DNA of 64,000 nucleotides. Source: Chloropicon primus. Lineage: Eukaryota. Location of the stretch: NCBI GenBank assembly GCA_023205875.1, contig CP060757.1, positions 372,001 through 436,000 of the forward strand. The letters are read 5' to 3'. Of the stretch, positions 1 through 9,200 are shown in pieces (position 1 is the first letter of the stretch; each line of letters opens with the position of its first letter). The notes below the pieces were generated by a model that saw nothing but the letters and a program-made list of their open reading frames with translations, did not search any database and was not told the origin of the DNA. The translations under genes were made by a program, and so were the position numbers.

Positions 1-458
1 ACCCGAGCACCGTGACCTGCATCACGCCTTACAGAAAGGATCCCATCACCGGGCAGTGCATGTTGGAGGGCTGCGCCAAGGGCACCGTGCAGTTGAACAC
101 GTTGAACCCCGTCGAGAACGGCAAGTGCTTCATGGACTGCAAGTGCAACAACTTCAATCCAAAGGCCGATCAAAGGTGCGCTTACAACGAGGCCGGGCTT
201 TGCAGCCACATCTCCTGCGACACAGGTTACACTTTGGTGAAGGCCACCAAGAAGGACCCGGTCAGCGTCCAGGAATCGGGTGGGAAGTGCGTCCTCGAGA
301 AGAAGCCTGCAAGCAAAGCCGGAATGACCGCAGGGGTGAGCATCACCATGCTCATCATTGGAATTGCAGCCGGAGGAGGGTTGATGTTCTTCTTCGAGAA
401 GAGATTCCAGAAAAAGGTCCGCATCGCGGGATACTCGAATTTTGGGGACGACATCTAA
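1..458 (+). CDS. 3' part of a Cys-rich single-pass membrane protein (truncated by window start)
   Basis: Open frame with many Cys, then a hydrophobic helix (AGVSITMLIIGIAAGGGLMFFF), a basic stop-transfer (EKRFQKK) and TAA at 456-458. Confidence 0.7.
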   Translation, partial: PSTVTCITPYRKDPITGQCMLEGCAKGTVQLNTLNPVENGKCFMDCKCNNFNPKADQRCAYNEAGLCSHISCDTGYTLVKATKKDPVSVQESGGKCVLEKKPASKAGMTAGVSITMLIIGIAAGGGLMFFFEKRFQKKVRIAGYSNFGDDI

Positions 459-537
459 GCCTATTTTTTCACACAAATTTATGTACTTACACACTTACCC
501 TTTTTCCAATCGATTCTATTTTGCTCTTGCTCGGGAC

Positions 538-2172
538 TCAGAAAGGCAGAGAGGTGTGGGTGTACTCAATGTCCTGGTCCTTGTTCACAATGTTTCCGCT
601 TCCTCTCATCAGCCACCGCGTCGTCAGGAGGCCGTCCACGCCCACCGGGCCCCTCGCATGAATCCTGCTGGTGCTGATGCCGACCTGTCGAAGGAAATAG
701 AAATCAAAGTCAATCAGCACGGACCCCCCTTGCGCAAGGGAGGGCAGAAACTGCCGCTCGGTCGCAGAGCACGGAGTTGACCTCAAAGGTAGTGACAAAA
801 TCCTGGATATTTTTCATCTTTGTGATCAAATGCATAACGCAAAAGGAAATTCTATCATCGGCCGCGCTCCGTGCTCCCTGTCTTCCCTCACCCCACTCTC
901 TTCTTTCGGTGACTCACCTCGGCGCCCAGGCCATACCTGAACCCGTCCGAGAAGCGGGTCGAGGCGTTGTGATGCACGCACCTGTGCGGTCGAAGCGCAA
1001 GGAAACAAGAATGGTTTCGAGTCAGAGAGGTCTTGGTCGGAATTTGGCGATATCGCGCGCGCGCGCGAGAGAGAGAGAGAGAGTCTCAAAAGGTCCACTT
1101 ACGCGCTGTCCACCCTCTTCAGGAAATCGTCCGCGGCGCTCTGACTTTCCGTGATGATGCACTCCGTGTGGCCACTTCCGTTGCCGTGGATGAAGTCGAT
1201 GGCCTCTTGCTGAGACTCCACAATTTCCACGGTTACTTCCAGATCACCGTACTCGTGCTTTGGCTTTGGTGCAGGCGGCAAACCCAGTTCCTTTGCTGCC
1301 TTTGGCCCCCCGTTCACCTTGACCCCCTCGCTTCTCAAAGCCGCCAACGATTTTGCGACCACCGAAGAGTCGCCCCCCTCGGTGCACCCCCTGTGGAACA
1401 GCACCGTCTCCGCAGCGTTGCAGGCGGCCGGGTAGTCCACCTTGCTGTCCACCACGATCTTCAAAACCTTGCTCAAGTCCGCCTCCTTGTCCACGTAAAT
1501 GTGGCAGACACCGTCGGCGTGCCCGAGCACGGGTATTTTCGTGTTGCTCTGAATGTACGTCACGAGCTGGTTCGAGCCCCTTGGGATCACCAAGTCGATC
1601 AAGTGGTTCATGCTCAGGAGGTCCTTGATCTCGTCCCTCGAGGTCACGAGGCCCACGAGGGAGCGGGGCAAGCCAGCCCTCTCGATGGCGTCCGCGACGA
1701 CCGAGTGGATGACCTTGTTCGAGTGGGCGGCCTCCTTTCCACCCTTGAGGAGGAGCCCGTTCCCGCTCCTGATCGAGAGGGCCGCAATCTGAGGGAGGGC
1801 GTCCGGCCTCGCCTCGAAAATGATCAAGAGAACCCCGAGCGGCGCGGACACTTGCTCCAGCTGCAGGCCCTCTGCGACCTGCGTCCGCCTCAGCACCCTG
1901 CCGACCGGGTCGCCGCTCTCCGCTAGCGACCTTATGCCCTTCGCGAGCTGCGCTATCTTCCCGTCCTTCAGCTTAAGGCGCTGCAGAGTCGCTGGAAGGA
2001 TGTCCATGTCCTTGGCCGCTTCCAAGTCTTTCGCGTTCTCCTCGAGGATTCTCCCCTCGTTTTTCTCCAACGCGTCCGCAATCTCGAAGAGCGCCCTTGT
2101 GCGCAACTCCGCGTCCAGCCCCTGAGCCACCCTCGAGGCCCTCCTCGCTTCCTCTGCCATCACGTCCGCCAT
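538..2172 (-). CDS. proA: Gamma-glutamyl phosphate reductase (glutamate-5-semialdehyde dehydrogenase); exons 2172-1103, 981-918, 684-538
   Basis: Motifs PLGVLLIIFEARPD, SGNGLLLKGGKEA, DLVIPRGS, DYPAACNAAET, HGNGSGHTECI. Splicing at GTAAGT(1102)/CAG and GTGAGT(917)/CAG restores [40 protein letters not shown]. Confidence 0.95.
779..863 (-). ncRNA. Intronic box C/D snoRNA, predicted guide for the 18S rRNA adenosine equivalent to human Am512 (SNORD70-like target)
   Basis: Lies in proA intron 2. Box C ATGATAG (858-852), box D TTGA (786-783), GGCC/GGTC terminal stem, and a flanking 10 bp inverted repeat (767-776 with 867-876). The 12 nt TTGTCACTACCT next to box D is complementary to conserved 18S AGGUAGUGACAA. 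Confidence 0.8.
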
Positions 2173-2424
2173 CTTCTCTCCTCTCCTCTCCCCTCCGCTT
2201 TCCTCTCTGCCGTCAATCCAAAAGGCCAGCAGCATCAAGGATAAGGATTGTCTCGGTCTCGACGGACGATGGAGAGGATGGGCAATGCCGATGCCGTGAA
2301 CCCCTGGAGGGAGGGAGGGGGGACGTCCTCCTCGGCTTCCTCGCCGTTGTCACCTCTCTCGGTTCCCTCGATTTACTTTTGTGACTTGATGATCCCTTTC
2401 CATCTTCGGTCTCACACGCTGAGC

Positions 2425-3294
2425 TCAGCTTGTTGGCACCAAAGAGTTCGCGACGATGTTGAGCCTGTTGAGCCTCTCCCTGCTCAAGAATTTTGGCTGA
2501 TTGCCCTTCCCGAGGCCCCCGTGGGGGAGGAGGGGCTCCATGGCCAGCCGAAGGGTCTCACTCACCGCCTCCAGAACGTTTTGCCCGCCGAGCGCACCGA
2601 CCTCGAAGTACAGGCACTTGTTTTCCTCGGCGAAATCCATAGCGCTCAGCGTGGCCACCGCCCTGGTGTATTCCCTCTCCGCGGACGGGCTGAAGTTCTT
2701 GTTGCCCAAGAGCGTTATGATGCAGTCGGTCTCGTCGTCCCCGTCCCCCCGCAGGGTTTTGCAGAGCTCCTTCGCGGTCAAGTAGCTTGACAGTGAGGTG
2801 ACGTCAAAGGCAACCATTGCACACCTTGCGAAGTCCTTCATCCTTCTGACCTCGGCCGTGTGGGCCAGCGCGGAGCACGACGCATCGCTTCCCACGGAGT
2901 CCGGGGATCCCGACCCTGTGCTCACCTCGTGAAGCAGTACCTTTGCTTCGGCCTCCACTCGCTCCCCCAGCTCCTCCTCCTCCTCCCCCAGCTCCCCCTC
3001 CTCCTCCGACCTCTCTTCTGCACCGCTCTTGCACCGAAAGAAGGTCACCACCTCGTGCGTCCCCCTGTGCTCGGATTCCTCCTCCCCCTCCCCCTCCTCC
3101 CCCCCCAACACTCCCTCTGCAGCCACTTCTCGCTCCTCCCCTCCCCTCCTCCACAGGCCGTGAAACCCATACGGCTTGCCCACTGCCCCTTCCCTCGCCG
3201 CCTCACGAACCCGCTGCAAGATCGTCGTCTTGCCGCTTCCGGCGCTACCTGCGACCAAGCAGACCATCGTATATGATAGACGCCCGCTCGACAT
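2425..3294 (-). CDS. Atypical Rab-like small GTPase-family protein
   Basis: P-loop GSAGSGKTT, AMVAFDVT, LLGNK and YFEVGAL resemble the Rab fold. It has acidic insertions and no canonical DxxGQ. Start codon uncertain. Confidence 0.7.
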   Translation of the reverse strand: MSSGRLSYTMVCLVAGSAGSGKTTILQRVREAAREGAVGKPYGFHGLWRRGGEEREVAAEGVLGGEEGEGEEESEHRGTHEVVTFFRCKSGAEERSEEEGELGEEEEELGERVEAEAKVLLHEVSTGSGSPDSVGSDASCSALAHTAEVRRMKDFARCAMVAFDVTSLSSYLTAKELCKTLRGDGDDETDCIITLLGNKNFSPSAEREYTRAVATLSAMDFAEENKCLYFEVGALGGQNVLEAVSETLRLAMEPLLPHGGLGKGNQPKFLSRERLNRLNIVANSLVPTS

Positions 3295-3759
3295 CGTCCA
3301 CAAACCCTCCAAGGCGCCACCTTGCTTCACCCTCTGGTGTCTGACAGCCAAACTCGCAGCAGTTCAAACTGAAAGCGGAGGGAGGGACAGACAGAGGTGG
3401 AGAGAGGGAGAGGGGCAGAGAGAGGGAGAGGGAGGAGGTTGGGCAGGGACGAGGACGCACAATATCCACAACAAACCTCGAAAATTGATGGTGCCCTCAT
3501 CGTCATCACCGAGACAGAGACAGGGAACGAGAGAGAGAGAGGGGGGGAGAGAGAAGAGGGAGAGGAGGTCCGTGATGGATGTTTTGTCGTCGGAGGGATG
3601 ACTGGGGCAAGGGATTGGAAGAGAATTTCGTCGTCAAGATTGCCACGGATAATGAAAAGTTCTGACCGAGAGCTTGTTGGATGATGGGACTGGGCTCGCG
3701 GAGAGAGATGTAATTGGATGTGGTGACTTTATAGAGGTAGAGACTTCAACTCTGTCATC

Positions 3760-4650
3760 ATGTTGGGGAGGACTTCGTCTCGGTCGTCTCTCGACCGGGT
3801 GAAAGCGCTTGTCGAAGATTCGCTTGCGGACACAGGGAGGGTCGCCTCAAAGCTCTGTGGTCCGCTGTACGTGATTGCTGCCAACGGTATCATCGCATTC
3901 ATATGTGGGACCATGTACAAAGTCGTGTTTCCCAGGGTGCTGGCCAGTGGAAGGGAAAACTGGTTACACGCTGGGAGCCACTTCGCTTTCTTGGCGGTGA
4001 TCATCTCTCAGGTCCTGCTGAACTACTACAAGTGCATCCGGGTGGGACCCGGGTACGCCAAGGACACGGGTGGGTTAAACTCAGACAGGGACGCTCTCGC
4101 GCTGTTTTACCCCTCCATGAGGGTTTGCAAGAAGTGCAGCTGCATGAAGCCGCCCAACTGCCACCACTGCTCCGTCTGCGACAAGTGCGTGCTGGAGATG
4201 GATCACCACTGCCCCTGGCTTCACACTTGCGTCGGGCGGAACAATTACTGCTACTTCCTGCGGTTCCTTCTCTTCGTGTGGGGAGGAACTCTGTACACCT
4301 CCTTAATGGCACAGATTCCGGTGAAGGTCGTTGGACTCAACATTCACTACCCCCAAAAGTACTCGGGAGCTCACCTGGCGTGCTTCCTGCTCTCCGGCAG
4401 CGTGTTCATCGGCATCTCCATGCTGCTGTCCTTTCACCTGCTTCTCAGCCTGTCGAACAACACAACGATTCAATTCATGGAGAAGTTCTGCGAGGATGGC
4501 GAGACCTGGCGTGGCTTCTTCGTGGGCATTGCGCAAGACATGGACTGGAAGCATCTTCTGGCCGCGGTTCGGGGGGGCAAGAACAAGCTGCGCAAGAGCA
4601 GCAGCGGTCGCCAAGGACGTCACCATGGCCAATTGGCCACCGTGGTGTGA
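3760..4650 (+). CDS. DHHC-type protein S-acyltransferase
   Basis: CKKCSCMKPPNCHHCSVCDKCVLEMDHHCPWLHTCVGRNNYCYF Cys-rich DHHC domain, four TM helices, and NNTTIQ (TTxE-like). Confidence 0.95.
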   Translation: MLGRTSSRSSLDRVKALVEDSLADTGRVASKLCGPLYVIAANGIIAFICGTMYKVVFPRVLASGRENWLHAGSHFAFLAVIISQVLLNYYKCIRVGPGYAKDTGGLNSDRDALALFYPSMRVCKKCSCMKPPNCHHCSVCDKCVLEMDHHCPWLHTCVGRNNYCYFLRFLLFVWGGTLYTSLMAQIPVKVVGLNIHYPQKYSGAHLACFLLSGSVFIGISMLLSFHLLLSLSNNTTIQFMEKFCEDGETWRGFFVGIAQDMDWKHLLAAVRGGKNKLRKSSSGRQGRHHGQLATVV

Positions 4651-4673
4651 CCGAACGCATTAATAGAGTATTT

Positions 4674-5787
4674 TTACGATTTCCTTTGGAAGAAGGAGCT
4701 TATCTTCATACTACCTTTGGCGAACTTCACCACCTTGGCTTCTTTCGCGGCTGCCTTTGCCTTCGAATCCGGTGCGCCCCGCTTCAAAGAGTTCGTGGGG
4801 TTGTTGGCCTTGCTGTCCGTCGTCGCCGCGGGTGCCGGCCGCTTCTGGGGTGGAGGCACCGAGGAAACTTGGATTCACACACACACACACACACACACAC
4901 AAACAAAAACAAACAAAGAAACGAGAACAAAAGGGTCAGCGACGTCGAATCTCCTCGCACCCGAAACGCCAAGTGCAACTCACCTGGAGGCAAGCCCAAG
5001 GCCCCTTCCAACTTCTCCAGCATCTCGGCTCCGAGGTACTCGCGCAGGTAGGACGCAGAGTACCTCTTCAAGCCTTCCTCATCCAGGGCCTTGAAACCCG
5101 CACCAAGGTTGGCCACCTTAGCCTGCAGCCTGGCGACTCTCCCCTTGAGCCATTCGACCGCCTTTTCCTCGCTGTACCTAAAGTAGCTCTCGCCTCCCGC
5201 ACTTTTCTGGTCGCACACGTGTTGCAGGTTGGCCTCGAAAAGCTTCCTTGGTGACCCGTCAAAGCACTCGAGTATGTGCTCCGCGGTGCAGAACATGGCC
5301 TTCTCGCCCTCGGCCTTCCCTCCTGCGACGCTCTTGTCCCCCTGACGCCCGCCCAGCGCAGACAGCAGGAAGAAGACGGGGTTCGTTTTTGTGTACAGCA
5401 CCAACCCGCCGGAGGAGACGACCTGCCAGACCAAGCAAGAAGCAGGAACGAAGGAGCATCGTCGTTGTCGTCGTTGTCAGCATCAATACGATCCAATCGA
5501 ACAGGAAGGGTCCCATACTTCAAGAGGAGTGTGTGGGTGTGTGGGTGTGCGCGTGTGTGTTCCGTCCGACTCACCTCCTCCCCCACGAACCACGAAGCGT
5601 TCTTGTTCTTGTACCAGCTGGCTTCCAGTATCTGGGCCCCGACGCCCTCCTTTCCCGAAAAATAACCGTACGCTCGAGGCTTCCCTGTCCCCGGGTCAGG
5701 CAACTCAATGATCTCCACCTTGTGACCTTCCAGCTCCTCCGGCAGAACCGCCACCCTGACCTCCCTCTCCCTCTCCACCCCTTCCAT
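4674..5787 (-). CDS. RNASEH2B: Ribonuclease H2 subunit B; exons 5787-5575, 5422-4984, 4867-4674
   Basis: LPDPGTGK..Y, SWFVGEEVVSSGGLVLYTKTNPVFFLL, YFRYSEEKAVEWLKGRV and a C-terminal PIP box MKISSFF. GT-AG junctions keep the frame. Confidence 0.88.
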
Positions 5788-6215
5788 CTCTGCCCCAACG
5801 CAATACAACGCAATACAACGCAATGCAATGCAATGCAAACCAAGGCTGTGAAGAAAGCAAGGCTCGAGGCGAAGGCGAGGCTGCCGTCTCAAGATGAACC
5901 CGCTCGCGTCGTCGCGCACCTCGTCCCCAACCAACAAGCACTATTCTCTGATCGACCGATCGCTGATCGCTTGATGGAAGAAAATTGGCGGGAAAAGAAT
6001 TCCAAGAAATTGATCGCGATCGAGGAGGAAGGAGGAAGGGGGGCTGATTGTTTTCCCGAGCGGAGGACGATCGTCATTGAGGTCAGAGGAGAGGGAGGTG
6101 CCCCTGAGGCGAACCTTCGTCTCGCGGGCTTTCGGACGACACCTCGGTCGCCCGTTTCGACGTTCAGAGTGGCAGGAAGAGAAGGTGAAGGGCGAGGAGA
6201 GAGAGAGAGGGAAGG

Positions 6216-9200
6216 ATGGTGCTCGCGTACGAGGCACGCATGACGGAGGACTCGCGGAGGGAGAAGGAGAACAAGGAGGAGACATCGAGGAAGAGCAGGA
6301 AGGGGAGGAGGGTTCAGAAGCTGAAAGGTCTGACGACGCGCGGGTCAGGGGCCAAAGGGGGCAGGGGCGATGGCAGGGCGCCCCCCGGCTCGCTCGCCGA
6401 GCTTGCGCAGCTCGACTCCCGCGGCAAAGGCGGTGACGGGTCCCTCTACCCCTCGTTCATCCAGAACGAGGTTAGCCTCCCGCCCGAGGTGGAGGGGAAC
6501 CAGAGGGGCGAGCTCGTCCTCGTCCTGGGCCCCCTCGTCGTGTCAAACTCCAAGCTTACCTCCTCCAGCTTCAAGGAGGACGGGGAGGACGGGGGCCAGC
6601 CGACGCAAACAACGATTTCTTACAGGTTTTGGGGGCAGGAGGACCTCCACGAGGGTAACTACTTGACGCTCCAGGCCCTCAAAGGGGAGGAGATGCGAGC
6701 GGGCGACCACTACGAGGACAAGACGGTGAAACTGTGCATCCCCATCCGGTGCTCCCCCTCCAACTTCACCAGGTACCTCAAGGACAGTCAGCCCCTGCAG
6801 ATCACCGCGTTCGTCGCTGGGGTCGGGGCGGCGGGGTGCGAGGTGGACCTGCAGGAGCTCGAGCTGAAAAAGCCCCTGAGAGGTGACTTCAACCTCACGA
6901 CGGACAACAACACCGAGTCCATCAAGGCGGGATCCCTGGGGGTGTACCTGGAGGTGGACTACAGCTTGATCTCGAGCTTCGAGCTCAACGAGCACATCGC
7001 GAACACGGACATGTCCCTCCCCCTGTTTCCGGTGAGCGACTTGGAGCTGGACGACCAGGACATCGCCAAGCTAGTCAGTGGCGCGTCGGCCGTGCCCCAG
7101 CCGGGCGAGGGCGAGGAGGGCGCCCAGGACAAGGAGAGCGAGAAGACTAACGAGGACAAGGCCCTGTTCGGATGGGGTCCGTCCAAGGACTTCAAGAGGA
7201 CTGCCGGCCAGGCGGAGGCCGCCACCAAGTCAACGTTCCTGAACGACGACAACAACAGCAGGAGAGGGCCGAGCGTCCACAGTATCGTGGAGCCCACTTG
7301 GGACTCCGTCCTCGCGAGGGCCCAAAAGCTGAGCAATGCCATGAAAAAGGCCATCGGAGGGAGGGACGAGAGGAGCCTGGACTTTCCGTCGGGTTCCATG
7401 TCCCTCGCCCCTTTCTCTCACGCCCAGGCGGAGAGGGAAGGGGCGAACTTGCCGCAAGACATCGAGCTCAGCCCTTGCCCAAGCATCACCTCCTCCGTGG
7501 AAGACGTTGTGATTGACTTCAGCGCAGCAGCTTCGGAAGAGCACGAAAGGCCCCGCGAAGAGCCAACGAGAGGTGGTCCTGAACAGCCCACGCCAAGTGA
7601 AAAGTCTGTCCTCGCGACCGTGGTACCGGCGGAGGAGAAGGTTGTTGACTTCACCATCAGCAGCCCCCCGCAGGAATCGCGCAAGGACGAGAAGAAAATT
7701 CAGATGGCGCTTCGCGTCAAGGACGTGCACCTGGTATCCAAAGACCTGAGGCCGGGGAGGGTGATCATCGTGGTGAAGTGCGCCCTCGGCAACCTCGGCG
7801 AGGGGGGCGGTCAGTTCACATTTACAGCCCACTCCATAAAGCAGCAGGGGAGGCTCTTCTTTCAGATTAGCGAGGAGGACTTGAAAGGAATGTCCGGAGA
7901 CAAGCTCCTTCTCAGTATTGAGCTGTGGCAAATCCAGGACAAGCGTCACACCGTTTTCGTCGACGCGGCCTCCAGCAAGCTCATTGGTCTCTCCACGTTT
8001 TGCGTGAAGGACATCCTGGAAAATTCGGGGCACTCCAGCACGGGCACCCTGGTGAAGGGCTGCCACGAAGAAGAAGAAGAAGTTGCCTTTTCTTTGAGCA
8101 AATCTATTCTTGACTTGCTGCAAGGCTCGAACACCGGCAGAATCTCAGTCAAACTGGAGTTCAGTTCCCTGGCCCTGCAGCCGCCTCGGGCAAGCGTGCC
8201 GGAGGGTGCCGCTGCAAGGGAGGAGGCACGGAGCACGGCGCCGCCTGAGACCAGCAGCAGCTGTCTAGTCGATCACGTCTTTGAAGTGACCGTGCAGAGG
8301 GCATCTGGCCTGAAGCTGCTTCCTGATCTGAAGTACTTCCTATCGTACACTTTTCAGAGCTCCGAGGATGCGGAGCCGCTCTGCACCAAGCCTGTAGCGC
8401 CCAGGAGCATCATGGACATCAATGCGAGAGCTTGCCACACAATAACGCTGCCACAGTCCGAGACTGTTCTGATGAACATTGGCAGCTTCCACGGCCAAAA
8501 TTTAGAATTTGACTTGAGGTCCGTGTCTGGCGACACCGATCGCGGAACGCCTTGGCACGCCACGGGCTCGCTTGATTTCATGGAGCTGGTCGAGATGACA
8601 TGCTCAGGCGACCAGCCTCTTGAGAAGATCTTTTTGGTTCCGCTGAAACTGAACGAAGAGCTCTACGAAGAGAGTTTGAGATCCAAATCAAGTCCCGCTC
8701 TCAGCCTGGTGATCAAGTATGGAACTGAAGAGCACGAGGTTGCCTCGCAAGACCCGCCCAAACAGCTGGCCATCGCGCCGGGGGCCGAGGCCGAGGACGC
8801 CGGCGAGCCTCTGCACCTGCCCGAAAGGAATGTCCTTGCGAAAGAAGAGACTGAGCTCTTGGAGTTTGGGGAGCAAGACATCGAGGTATTGGAAGATGCG
8901 CGGACGAACATGGACATCGAGGACTTTGAGATCACAGGATCGAACAGCATGAAAGCCAAGATTGATTTCAGTATCGGGAAAATCTGCGGTTTGAAGACCA
9001 TGATGACGTCCGCGGAGCACGGCCAGAAGGACAACGCCGTCCTGAGGGCGGCGACGAAATTCGGGCCCAACACTTTCGTCAACACCAAGTTTGCGCCAAA
9101 AGATTCTTACTTTCAAGAATTTCTTCCGGAGACCTGCACGGACTTCAAAGCAGAGAACTGGATCCCTGATTTTGAGTTCTTCAAGAGCTTCAACATGTAC

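Noticed and set aside
700..765. Small hairpins (CCCTTGCGCAAGGG, GGCAGAAACTGCC) in proA intron 2 considered as a TPP riboswitch or U6 fragment
   Set aside because: They lack the TPP CUGAGA and ACCUG core and the rest of U6. They probably just flank the snoRNA.
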